Shown here: piece by piece, positions 1 to 8,848 of the stretch | Layout of the letters: the number at the start of each line of letters is the position of its first letter | Numbering within the stretch: the first letter of the stretch is position 1 | DNA from: a virus | Taxonomy: Duplodnaviria > Caudoviricetes | Virus record (IMG/VR): IMGVR_UViG_3300036985_002500 | Coordinates: 1-56,845 of that record | Direction: 5' to 3' (one strand) | Length of the DNA: 56,845 nt | Program-made: the position numbers and the translations under genes | The notes under the pieces: model-generated | What the model was told of the DNA's origin: nothing | The model's database searches: none | Seen by the model: only the letters and a program-made list of their open reading frames with translations

Positions 1-45
1 ATCAACAATTTTTATAAAAACTATTGTTTGTATTTAAATTATGTG

Positions 46-53
46 TATATTTG
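46..53 (+). promoter_or_regulatory. Bacteroidota-type sigma -7 element (TAnnTTTG)
   Basis: TATATTTG with TTG/TTTG upstream at 24-30. Confidence 0.55.
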
Positions 54-107
54 TACAGATCATGAGAAGATGATTCAAAGATTTTAGTTGGTTCATGGTA
101 GAACTCC

Positions 108-142
108 AACCCCTGATAGCTTCTCATGTCAGGGGTTTTTTT
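108..142 (+). terminator. Intrinsic terminator
   Basis: AACCCCTGA...TCAGGGGTT stem followed by a T run. Confidence 0.8.
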
Positions 143-447
143 ATTCCCAAAACATAAGGTGTTGTATACCATTGAACATCATTACCAAAAACAATGTCTC
201 ACAATGAATGCTTATTCGATGAAATAAAAATCCCGCAATGTCTGAATGCTTGACAACGGGTACTGCATACCGAAAGGTTAATAGAATAAGTAAGCCAAAT
301 AGCCCATCACTTAGGTGAGAAGATAATAAGAAAGGGTAGCAGAGGGAAGTGTCATTGGTTGGGAGAATCTCTATAAAAAAGAGGTTAAGTAGTGCATGGG
401 ATATATGCAGTATAATAGCATAGCTATAAACAATTAAAAGAAACATT

Positions 448-666
448 ATGAATAGTCAATCAGTTAGAATAGAACTAGAAGGAGTTGATTTAGAAATCGA
501 ATATTATTTTGATACACCATTCGATATAGATGAGCAACAATTAGAAACATTACGCATTGAATCAATCACTACATTACATAATGATGATATTACGGAGTTA
601 ATGTGGCATCATAAAGAAAGTATAGCGTTTGCTGTATATGAGAAGTTAGACCTAATGAATTATTAA
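448..666 (+). CDS. Hypothetical acidic phage protein
   Basis: 72-aa ORF with AT-rich leader, first of a tightly packed run. Confidence 0.7.
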   Translation: MNSQSVRIELEGVDLEIEYYFDTPFDIDEQQLETLRIESITTLHNDDITELMWHHKESIAFAVYEKLDLMNY

Positions 667-667
667 C

Positions 668-1261
668 ATGGAAGCAAAACTAATTAAAAAAGTAGATTAT
701 TATAATAATAAAGATATATATTACTCACTTATTATTAAAGACGAATGTATTGGTACTACTCATAATTTATTTAATAGGCAAATGAATGACAATAATGGAA
801 ATGCATTTTTAAATAAACTATCCCTCGAAAACTGCCAAAAAATTGAGAATGGATATGATTTGGATGAGTTAGCTGATGAATACTTTAGAAGTGTTGACAG
901 TGTTACTGTTCTATGGAGACGTATAGATTTTAAAAAAGGCTTCCAAAAAGCACTTGAAATTCTTGGTGATAAGAAGTTTACTGAGAAGGATTTAAAGAAA
1001 GCTTACCAGTATGGTAGAACCCCTGATGCAATGTTTTATTTAGAAGATGGAACTAAGGAAATCGTAACAACAAATATTGAAAATTTTATCCAATCACTAC
1101 AACAAACTGAATGGGATGTTATTATCCTTGAAGAGCCTATTGATTTAGCTTTTTATGAGAATGGCAATAGATTTCCTATTGATGCTAATCTGCCTGATAG
1201 ATTTAAATACAAACCTCTCCTTGATGAAGATGGATGCATTATATTAAAACGTAAGATATGA
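668..1261 (+). CDS. Hypothetical phage protein
   Basis: 197-aa ORF, 1 bp after the previous stop, ATGA overlap with the next gene. Confidence 0.8.
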   Translation: MEAKLIKKVDYYNNKDIYYSLIIKDECIGTTHNLFNRQMNDNNGNAFLNKLSLENCQKIENGYDLDELADEYFRSVDSVTVLWRRIDFKKGFQKALEILGDKKFTEKDLKKAYQYGRTPDAMFYLEDGTKEIVTTNIENFIQSLQQTEWDVIILEEPIDLAFYENGNRFPIDANLPDRFKYKPLLDEDGCIILKRKI

Positions 1262-1503
1262 AAGAAGAAACAGTAGGAGATGCTGCTGCAGAATATGCTA
1301 ATAAAAAGTATGCAACTGACAAAGGTTATCCTGAAGAAGATTGGTATATATCTTGGTTAAGTTTTAGAGAAGGAGCTAAATGGCAAGAAGCTAAAATGTA
1401 TAGTGAGGAAGATATGATTGAGTTTGCTAAATTTTCTCAAACAGATGAGCATGAATTAAGATCAGTAAATGTAGGATTGTTAAATGAATTTAAGAAGCAA
1501 TAG
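1258..1503 (+). CDS. Hypothetical phage protein (MYSEEDM-type motif)
   Basis: 81-aa ORF, translationally coupled. Confidence 0.75.
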   Translation: MKEETVGDAAAEYANKKYATDKGYPEEDWYISWLSFREGAKWQEAKMYSEEDMIEFAKFSQTDEHELRSVNVGLLNEFKKQ

Positions 1504-1504
1504 T

Positions 1505-1714
1505 ATGAAATATTCACATGCAAGTTTACTTATATTTATTGTATATTTATTTTTATGGTTTATTTTATTAATAATAGTATCTGTTAATAAGAAAGATGAT
1601 AAACCTAAGTATAAGACTAAAAAAGAATATGCTTTTGTAGAGCCAACTGATTGGGCTAGTGATTTAACAATGAATGATACTAAGAAAGAGTTTCTGGAGT
1701 ATTTAAATAAATGA
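1505..1714 (+). CDS. Small single-pass membrane protein
   Basis: Hydrophobic LLIFIVYLFLWFILLIIVSV then a basic tail; ATG at 1505 is more likely than 1484. Confidence 0.65.
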   Translation: MKYSHASLLIFIVYLFLWFILLIIVSVNKKDDKPKYKTKKEYAFVEPTDWASDLTMNDTKKEFLEYLNK

Positions 1715-1805
1715 AACCCATGCAGTTTCTATTCGTCAATAGTCTTACATGGGGATTTACCATAGGTTATATGATTGAGTAAGTGTGCTAATTCTAGCAG
1801 ATATT

Positions 1806-1895
1806 ACAGCAATTCAATTTCCCTTACGCAGAAAAAGACCTAAGCGGGTGCGCTCTGCAAGAACTCCTACACATTATAAGCGTCTCAGGTACTGT
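1806..1895 (-). ncRNA. Candidate structured (pseudoknotted) ncRNA
   Basis: GC-enriched intergenic segment with closing stem ACAGUA/UGCUGU and crossing helices; TATCTTTG (-7) at 1901-1908 on the - strand. Confidence 0.45.
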
Positions 1896-1986
1896 TGATA
1901 CAAAGATATGAAAAAAGCTAATATGTTAACCAAAACCATCATAAATAGTAATAAATAGCTAATATGATGGCTAAAACAAACAAATT

Positions 1987-2346
1987 ATGATTACAATAGT
2001 TAAAGGAAGCTATCTTCTTTTGTTAAGTTACAATCCGTGTGATGTGTTTACTTATTTCAATGTAAATGAAATGCATGGTTTATCTTTAGAAGAGTGTCAA
2101 GCGTACAACAATACTACAGATGATGCTTACATAGCAGGATGGAGTAACTTTATCCCTTGGAACATGGAATTAAGATATGTATTTATCAATCTATCTAGAT
2201 GCGGTACAGACATTGAAACATTTGGTTTGATAATGCATGAGTTAATGCACCAGTCTTTTCACATGCATAAAGATGAAGAAGATATAATAACATGGGCTGA
2301 GTTAGAATCCTATGAAGTATTTAAACTTGTAAAAGAAAACTTATGA
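1987..2346 (+). CDS. Small zincin-like metallopeptidase
   Basis: HExxH motif (IMHELMHQ) with downstream Glu residues. Confidence 0.55.
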   Translation: MITIVKGSYLLLLSYNPCDVFTYFNVNEMHGLSLEECQAYNNTTDDAYIAGWSNFIPWNMELRYVFINLSRCGTDIETFGLIMHELMHQSFHMHKDEEDIITWAELESYEVFKLVKENL

Positions 2347-2558
2347 CGGCAGTAGAATGGTTAGTTGAGCAAATTAAACAGAATGTACATAATTCATTTG
2401 AAGAATTTGAATTGTTAATTGAACAAGCCAAAGAAATGGAAAAGAAACAGATAATTGATGCAAGAATGACTGCACCACTATTGCCAAGCATTGAGAAATC
2501 AATATACTTAAATGAAGCAGAACAATATTACAACGAAACATTTAATAAAGAATTATGA
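2343..2558 (+). CDS. MTAVEW...AEQYYNETF family paralog 1
   Basis: Shares N- and C-terminal motifs with 2659-2850 and 3048-3251. Confidence 0.85.
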   Translation: MTAVEWLVEQIKQNVHNSFEEFELLIEQAKEMEKKQIIDARMTAPLLPSIEKSIYLNEAEQYYNETFNKEL

Positions 2559-2647
2559 AACAAATAAAAATAGGTAGTTATTGGCTAAGCGTAAGTGATA
2601 TTACTTTTCGTCAATCCAATTATCCCAAAAGAATTATTAACCTTTAA
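2555..2647 (+). CDS. 30-aa micro-ORF (MKQIKIGSYW...)
   Basis: ATGA overlap with the upstream stop; fills the gap; translated by eye. Confidence 0.4.
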   Translation: MKQIKIGSYWLSVSDITFRQSNYPKRIINL

Positions 2648-2658
2648 ATCAAAATAAC

Positions 2659-2850
2659 ATGACAGCAGTAGATTTTATAATCCAAAGATTAGCGAAAAAT
2701 GGAATTTTGCATAGTTCTGATATAGCAGAAGCTAATGAGTTGTTTAAGAAACAAATAATAAAAGCGGTATATGATTCTATGGGAACAAACTTTGATCCTA
2801 ATATGGGTAGAGCAGAATTGTATTATAATGAAACATATAAATCAGAATAA
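2659..2850 (+). CDS. MTAV...AELYYNETY family paralog 2
   Basis: Paralogous termini. Confidence 0.85.
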   Translation: MTAVDFIIQRLAKNGILHSSDIAEANELFKKQIIKAVYDSMGTNFDPNMGRAELYYNETYKSE

Positions 2851-2851
2851 G

Positions 2852-3028
2852 ATGGACAAAAGACAGATTGAAAAATACTTAGAAAGAAAGGGAATGAACC
2901 CAAAAGATAGACTTAAAAAGAATGGTGGTGGTCAGTATTTAGATAATTTTTTAATTGAGTTTGCTCAAGATATTAAAGAAAAAACTATCAATGATGCTGT
3001 AACTGAATTAAAAAGAATGAGATATTAA
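2852..3028 (+). CDS. Hypothetical protein (MDKRQIEK..., 58 aa)
   Basis: ATG lies within the boundary repeat; the track's 2771 start overlaps the previous gene. Confidence 0.7.
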   Translation: MDKRQIEKYLERKGMNPKDRLKKNGGGQYLDNFLIEFAQDIKEKTINDAVTELKRMRY

Positions 3029-3047
3029 TACTTTAAATCAGAATAAG

Positions 3048-3251
3048 ATGACAGCAGTTGAGTGGATAGAAGAAACTATTGATAAAAAGCACATGGGTGC
3101 ATTTTTAAAATCAATAATCGAACAAGCTAAAGAATTAGAGAAGCAACAGATAATTGATTCTTTTAATAAAGGATTTATAACCGACCAATGGGATAAAAGC
3201 AAAGAAAATAAAGCAGAACAATACTACAACGAAACCTTTAAATCAGAATAG
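3048..3251 (+). CDS. MTAVEW...AEQYYNETF family paralog 3
   Basis: Paralogous termini. Confidence 0.85.
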   Translation: MTAVEWIEETIDKKHMGAFLKSIIEQAKELEKQQIIDSFNKGFITDQWDKSKENKAEQYYNETFKSE

Positions 3252-3252
3252 T

Positions 3253-3432
3253 ATGCCAGATATAGCAATGTGTGAGGGTAAAGGTTGCAATGTGAAAGAA
3301 TCGTGTTATCGGTTCACAGCAACTCCTTCAGATTATTGGCAGTCATACGTGATGCCTGAAGTAAAAGATGGTAAGTGTGACTTATATTGGCCAACTGAAT
3401 CTAGTGAAAAACTTGACAAAAGAAAAGAATAA
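3253..3432 (+). CDS. Small Cys-rich protein (MPDIAMCEGKGC...CYRF...C), 59 aa
   Basis: Translated by eye, absent from the ORF track; four Cys; starts in the boundary repeat. Confidence 0.75.
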   Translation: MPDIAMCEGKGCNVKESCYRFTATPSDYWQSYVMPEVKDGKCDLYWPTESSEKLDKRKE

Positions 3433-3539
3433 CACAAAGTGTGTTATACAAAATGTGTATCAATATCAACAAATAAATTAATTTTTTTTTTGATTTATTA
3501 AATTTTAATTATATCTTTACGATGTAAACAAATAACAAA

Positions 3540-3836
3540 ATGAATAAAGTTAAAGGTATAAAAGACTTAATGTCTAATGGTAGATATAAACCATTACATT
3601 TAAGCGATGCGTTAAAAGCAAATGGTGTCCCTGGAAATTGGGATTGTTATCAGAATGTTTATAATTTAATCAATGGACATATAGTCCCAAAAGATGCTTA
3701 TGTTTTAATAGTGATAGCAGAATTATTAAACTTAGATTTAAAATCAATAATCTATAGATACTCAAATAAATCTGAAGACTCTATTCAAATAGAACAAACA
3801 AGCAAGCCAATAGTTCTTTCTGAATTAAATTGGTAA
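3540..3836 (+). CDS. Putative HTH DNA-binding protein
   Basis: XRE-like pattern (VYNLINGHIVP..LIVIAELL); promoter-like TATCTTTA upstream. Confidence 0.45.
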   Translation: MNKVKGIKDLMSNGRYKPLHLSDALKANGVPGNWDCYQNVYNLINGHIVPKDAYVLIVIAELLNLDLKSIIYRYSNKSEDSIQIEQTSKPIVLSELNW

Positions 3837-3866
3837 TAAGTAAGTAGTAACAATTAATTTTTTTTT

Positions 3867-4880
3867 ATGAATTTAAAAGATTTATCAAGACCATTGGATA
3901 TTTCCGATGTAGATTTTCGTGTACAATCCATAAACAATGGTGGATATGCAACAATCCTAGCGTACAAGGATGCTAGAGTAGATATGAATAGGCTAGATGA
4001 GGTATGCGGAATTGGATACTGGAAGAAAGACTATCGCTCAATAGACGGAAGACTATATTGTGGGGTAGCAATTTACAATGATGTTATCTCTGAGTGGATA
4101 TGGAAATGGGATGTTGGTACAGAATCAATGACCGAGAAGGAGAAAGGTATGGCATCCGATGCATTTAAGCGTGCTTGTTTCAATATTGGAATTGGTCGTG
4201 AACTTTATGACTACCCAATCATTAGCGTAAAACTAAATGATAACGAGTATACTAAGGATGGTGGTAGACCTAAGCAAACATTCAATCTAAAGATAAGAGA
4301 TTGGAGATGGTATTCAGAATTTACAGATGGAAGACTATCGTTTATTGCTGCTAAAGATGAATCAGGTAAGCTTAGATTTAAGTGGGGTGAAATGAAACCT
4401 AAAGTTGAAGAGCCAACATTTAAGCAGGCTGCAGCATCTCCAGTAACAGAAGTTGAAGTAATATCCGTAGAGCCAATAGCTGTAGCGACTGAAAGCGAAG
4501 AGGCTGATGTGTCAGGATTCTTAAAGAAACCAATAGATGCAGATCCGAATAGAGAGATTTTATCTATGGAGTATAAGGCTATATATGGAAAACTTCCTCA
4601 TGGAAAGATGTCTTCAGAAAGAATATCAGAAGAGATTAAGAAATCAATTAATCTTATAGAAGATGAAGAGAAGAATGTTCCAGAAGCCGAAATGGAGGCT
4701 AATGGTAATGCTTATTCTTTGTTAGTAGAAGAGGCAAGAACTTATAAGAGTCCTGGTGATTTTGTTGGATGGGCTAAGGGTATAGCTGCAGAACTAATAG
4801 AAAATAATGAAGATACTGCTCTTATAGATAGCTTCAAGGCATTTTGTAATACTTACTACGCTGAATTAACTGAGAAGTAA
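3867..4880 (+). CDS. Rad52/Sak-like single-strand annealing protein
   Basis: LAYKDARVDMNRLDEVCG and SDAFKRACFNIGIGRELY motifs, acidic C-terminal tail. Confidence 0.85.
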   Translation: MNLKDLSRPLDISDVDFRVQSINNGGYATILAYKDARVDMNRLDEVCGIGYWKKDYRSIDGRLYCGVAIYNDVISEWIWKWDVGTESMTEKEKGMASDAFKRACFNIGIGRELYDYPIISVKLNDNEYTKDGGRPKQTFNLKIRDWRWYSEFTDGRLSFIAAKDESGKLRFKWGEMKPKVEEPTFKQAAASPVTEVEVISVEPIAVATESEEADVSGFLKKPIDADPNREILSMEYKAIYGKLPHGKMSSERISEEIKKSINLIEDEEKNVPEAEMEANGNAYSLLVEEARTYKSPGDFVGWAKGIAAELIENNEDTALIDSFKAFCNTYYAELTEK

Positions 4881-5362
4881 TGGATATATTTAAGAAAGAA
4901 GAAACACAATCAAAAGTATTAGTCTTGGAGAATATCTCTAAGGCTAATCTTAAGTCAATGGCAGATTCTATAATTGACAATGTTATGGAAGGTAATTCAG
5001 ATGCTCTAAAGGAATACATAAAGGCAAAAGGAATTATAGAAATAGCAAATACAATAGTAGATGGTCTAAAGGAAATGGCTATCAGGGAAGCTGACAACTA
5101 TGGAGGTGGCGAGAAAGTATTAGGATGTGAGATACAAACTAAATCCACAGCTACAACTTATTCATTCGACCACGATGAAGAGTGGAGTGTTCGTAATAAT
5201 ACGATAGAACAATTAAAAGAACAGCAAAAGCTTAGAGAGAAACAAATGCTTGATGCTATTAATTATTCTCAAGTAGTAAATGATGATGGAGAGGTAATAC
5301 ACCCTGCCATAGTAAAGAAACAAGGATCAACAACAATCGCAATACTAATACCAAAGAAATAA
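4880..5362 (+). CDS. Hypothetical recombination-module protein
   Basis: 160 aa, TAATG-coupled to the annealase. Confidence 0.8.
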   Translation: MDIFKKEETQSKVLVLENISKANLKSMADSIIDNVMEGNSDALKEYIKAKGIIEIANTIVDGLKEMAIREADNYGGGEKVLGCEIQTKSTATTYSFDHDEEWSVRNNTIEQLKEQQKLREKQMLDAINYSQVVNDDGEVIHPAIVKKQGSTTIAILIPKK

Positions 5363-5886
5363 TGGAAGAGAATAAAGATATAAGAGTAGATACTATCTGC
5401 TTACTAAGGGCTGTAATGAAAATATCATCTGCATTAAATGACATAGATGCTATTGCTTTGAATAAGAAGTACTATAAGTATAAATTTAAGAAGCTATCAA
5501 GCGAATGGGTTGACTCAATTATGACTCACACCTCAGAGTTAATGAAGTCATTAGCTGATGATGATTCAGATATGCTTATGGAAATATATAAATCAATGGA
5601 GGAAAGTTGTTCAAAGATTCATATAGAAAATGATGATAAAACTTCTATAATTTTATTCTATGTAAAGTTAAAGAGTTCTTTATGGGATATAGAACAGATG
5701 AAAGAGATGAGAAATACTTTCTATCCTATGTTTTTACATCAAATATCTGGAGAGGTAATCGAACAATTAAGAAAGCAGTACAATAGTATATTACTAATGA
5801 CTGATGATGAGGGTAAAGGAGTTGATTATTTAGTTGATTATTATAACGACTTCGGTCAAAAAATTATGTTCTATGCGGAAGATTAG
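5362..5886 (+). CDS. Hypothetical protein
   Basis: 174 aa, TAATG-coupled. Confidence 0.75.
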   Translation: MEENKDIRVDTICLLRAVMKISSALNDIDAIALNKKYYKYKFKKLSSEWVDSIMTHTSELMKSLADDDSDMLMEIYKSMEESCSKIHIENDDKTSIILFYVKLKSSLWDIEQMKEMRNTFYPMFLHQISGEVIEQLRKQYNSILLMTDDEGKGVDYLVDYYNDFGQKIMFYAED

Positions 5887-5964
5887 AGAGTATATATATG
5901 TCATGCTGTTGTATTTAATATACAATGGCTCTGACTAATTAGTGTTAACAAATAAATTTATACC

Positions 5965-6387
5965 ATGAATAGACACAGAAATTTAACAAATGAAATAGAC
6001 AGAATGTTTGGAGTCTTTGGGGACAATAAGATAAAAATAAAGCTATTAGAAGCTGCTGAGAAAGATTTATGTGCGTTGTTCCCAAGTCAAGAAGGAGAGT
6101 TGTCTCAGATTCTAATTATGTTCAATAGAATATTCAAGAAGAAGTCTAGATTAATGTCTAAGAATGTAATATCAAAATACAAACAGCTCTTAAAGTATTA
6201 TGATTTAAATGATTTAGAATTGTCTATGAATAACGCATTGGTAGATGAGTTCCATTTAGAAAATGGATATAAATATTGTACGCTAGAATATTTTTCTAGA
6301 TTAGATCAGATTGACAAGTGGGTTAACGTAAAGAAAGCAGAAAGCAAAGATTCATTTGTTCTTCCAACATTTAATATAAAAGAGTAG
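5965..6387 (+). CDS. Hypothetical protein upstream of helicase (possible loader/initiator)
   Basis: 140-aa ORF; function inferred from position only. Confidence 0.6.
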   Translation: MNRHRNLTNEIDRMFGVFGDNKIKIKLLEAAEKDLCALFPSQEGELSQILIMFNRIFKKKSRLMSKNVISKYKQLLKYYDLNDLELSMNNALVDEFHLENGYKYCTLEYFSRLDQIDKWVNVKKAESKDSFVLPTFNIKE

Positions 6388-6389
6388 TT

Positions 6390-7790
6390 ATGAGTGACAT
6401 TAAGATGCGTTCTGAACAGCTAGTAATAAACGCAATACTCACAGATCCATCTTGTATACATAACATAATGTCGAAGGTATCCTATGATATGTTCCATGTT
6501 CCTGTTCATAAATTGATGTTTGAAACAATAACTAACATCTATCTAAAGCAAGAGCCTATAAATCTTATTACAGTATTTACTTCTTTAAATAAAAGCAGTT
6601 CAATTAATAAATCAGAATCATTAAATGAGCTAACTCGCATACAATCAATGTTTAACTTCACCGATAAACTTGAGGTTGGTGATGCTATGAATTTATTAAT
6701 ATCGGAATCTATAAGGCATGAACATATAGATTTTGCTACTAAGGTTGGTAAGATATCTAATTCAGATAGCTATGATCCATCTACGGTGATAGATTTAATG
6801 CAGTCTCATATACTAGATAATAAACTAAAATCAATTCTAAACAAAAAAGATTTTACGAATGAAGATTTATTAGATGAGTTAGATAAGAAGATGCTTGAGG
6901 CCTCTGAGAACAAGGGTATAAGCGGAATAAAGACTGGATATGAAAGATATGACAAGGTAACAAGTGGCATGCAGCCAACTAACTTTATAATTATAGCTGC
7001 AAGGCCTGCGATGGGTAAGACTCAATATGCTCTTGGAATAATGAGAAACGCTAGCGTGAATGATAATAAGAAAGGTTTATTTATATCGTGTGAAATGGAT
7101 GAGGTTCAAGTAATGAAAAGAATCATAGCGGTAGATAGCGGAATACCTGGATATTCATTTAAGCGTGGTAATTTAACACCAAGCGAGAGGCATAGATACG
7201 AATACTCTAGGAAAAGAATAATTGATTCTAAGCTAAAGATTGTTGCTGGCTCATTTACTATTTCAGATGTATTATCATTGGTTTATAAAATGAAGAACTC
7301 AGAAGGACTTGACTATGTTGTTATAGACTACATACAAAAGATAACATCTCCTGGCACTCAGAATAGAACGAATGAAGTAGGTGATGTATCTAGGAAGCTT
7401 AAGGACATGGCAAATGATTTAAAGATTCCCGTCATAGCATTGGCACAATTATCAAGGGCGGTAGAACATCGTGTCGATAAAAAGCCTATGCTTAGTGACT
7501 TGAGAGAGTCAGGTGATATTGAACAAGACGCAGACATAGTTATGTTCCTCTACAGATCTGGCTATTACATGACTCCTGAAGAGAAGATGAGCAATCCACT
7601 AGCTGAAGATGGTTATGCTATAATAGCTAAACATCGTGATGGAGATTTAGAAGACATACAACTGAAGTTTGATTCAAATATCCCAGCATGGAAGAATCCA
7701 TTTCAGAAAGATGATTACATAAAAGAGTACGTACAAACTAAGATTGAGCCAAATACTGATTTTGATTATCAGGGATCTCAACCATTTTAA
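6390..7790 (+). CDS. dnaB: Replicative DNA helicase DnaB
   Basis: AARPAMGKT (Walker A), VIDYIQ, LAQLSR, LSDLRESGDIEQDAD, IAKHRDG. Confidence 0.95.
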   Translation: MSDIKMRSEQLVINAILTDPSCIHNIMSKVSYDMFHVPVHKLMFETITNIYLKQEPINLITVFTSLNKSSSINKSESLNELTRIQSMFNFTDKLEVGDAMNLLISESIRHEHIDFATKVGKISNSDSYDPSTVIDLMQSHILDNKLKSILNKKDFTNEDLLDELDKKMLEASENKGISGIKTGYERYDKVTSGMQPTNFIIIAARPAMGKTQYALGIMRNASVNDNKKGLFISCEMDEVQVMKRIIAVDSGIPGYSFKRGNLTPSERHRYEYSRKRIIDSKLKIVAGSFTISDVLSLVYKMKNSEGLDYVVIDYIQKITSPGTQNRTNEVGDVSRKLKDMANDLKIPVIALAQLSRAVEHRVDKKPMLSDLRESGDIEQDADIVMFLYRSGYYMTPEEKMSNPLAEDGYAIIAKHRDGDLEDIQLKFDSNIPAWKNPFQKDDYIKEYVQTKIEPNTDFDYQGSQPF

Positions 7791-7793
7791 AAA

Positions 7794-8843
7794 TTGATTA
7801 TGAATGTATTAAGTTTATTCGATGGAATATCTGCAGGGCAAGTAGCTTTACAAAGAGCAGGAATCGCAGTAGAGAATTATTATGCAAGTGAGATAGATAA
7901 ATATGCCGTTCAGATAACTCAAAAAAATCATCCCAATACAATTCAGTTAGGAGACATAACTAAATGGAGAGAATGGGACATTGATTGGAGTAGTATTGAT
8001 ATGGTAATTGGAGGTAGTCCTTGTCAGGGATTTAGCTTTGCTGGTAAACAATTAAACTTTGAAGATCCACGAAGCAAATTGTTTTTTGATTACTTAGATA
8101 TTTGTAATCATGTAGCAGACCACAATCCAAAAATGAAATTCTTACTTGAGAATGTTAGAATGAAACAAGAATATCAAGATGTTATATCCGAATTTCTTGG
8201 AATATCTCCTATGTTCATGAATTCATCCCTAGTATCTGCTCAAAATAGACCAAGATTATATTGGACTAATATAAATGATGTAAGCGTACCTGAAAATAAA
8301 GATATAATGTTAATAGATATTATAGAAGGTAATAAAGTTGATGATAAATATATGTTGTCAAAGGAGGCTATAGATTACATGAGCAGATTAAGAAATGGAA
8401 AACCAAGATGGGAATACCACAAGAATCCATTAAACGGAAAGGCAGCTTGTCTAACTGCTAATATGTATAAAGGAGTTCCTTACGGTGTGATTACTATAGC
8501 TAATGACATAAATCTATTAATAGTTAATGAGGCTACTAAAAAAGGCTTTATAAATGTATTTCCTGGTGATGGAGTTGATTTAACATTCCCAAGTTCAAAG
8601 ACAAGAAGAGGTAGGTTAATGGAAGATAAAAGCAATTGCCTTACAGCTACAACTTATGATTATTGTTTTTGGGATGGACACGTTATTAGAAAGCTAACAC
8701 CTATAGAATGCGAAAGATTACAAACATTTCCTGATAATTATACCGAAGGAATTAGCAATTCTCAGAGATATAAATCTTTAGGAAATGGATGGACTGTAGA
8801 TATGATTGCTCATATTTTTTCACATATTAATAATAAAAAATAA
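7794..8843 (+). CDS. DNA (cytosine-5) methyltransferase
   Basis: SLFDG (motif I), GGSPCQGFS (IV), LENV (VI), QNRPR (VIII), RLQTFPD/LGNGW (IX-X). Confidence 0.95.
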   Translation: MIMNVLSLFDGISAGQVALQRAGIAVENYYASEIDKYAVQITQKNHPNTIQLGDITKWREWDIDWSSIDMVIGGSPCQGFSFAGKQLNFEDPRSKLFFDYLDICNHVADHNPKMKFLLENVRMKQEYQDVISEFLGISPMFMNSSLVSAQNRPRLYWTNINDVSVPENKDIMLIDIIEGNKVDDKYMLSKEAIDYMSRLRNGKPRWEYHKNPLNGKAACLTANMYKGVPYGVITIANDINLLIVNEATKKGFINVFPGDGVDLTFPSSKTRRGRLMEDKSNCLTATTYDYCFWDGHVIRKLTPIECERLQTFPDNYTEGISNSQRYKSLGNGWTVDMIAHIFSHINNKK

Positions 8844-8848
8844 ATTAT

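Larger units (their letters stand above)
2643..3255 (+). repeat. Four copies of a 19-bp gene-boundary repeat (consensus TTTAAATCAGAATAAGATG)
   Basis: Copies at 2643-2661, 2836-2854, 3032-3050 and 3237-3255, each ending in the next gene's ATG. Confidence 0.85.

Noticed and set aside
141-446. - strand 101-aa ORF and other antisense ORFs nested in long genes (e.g. 4834-5097, 24949-25404, 37979-38446)
   Set aside because: Opposite to local gene polarity or shadows of well-supported genes, with no recognisable motifs
1836-1850. GACCTAAGCG as a pistol ribozyme core, and AAGGGAA as a cobalamin riboswitch element
   Set aside because: The order of pairing partners and the other conserved elements do not fit either family
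2643-3255. Regular repeats as a CRISPR array
   Set aside because: Repeats are 19 bp, the spacers are ~180-bp ORFs, and no cas genes are present
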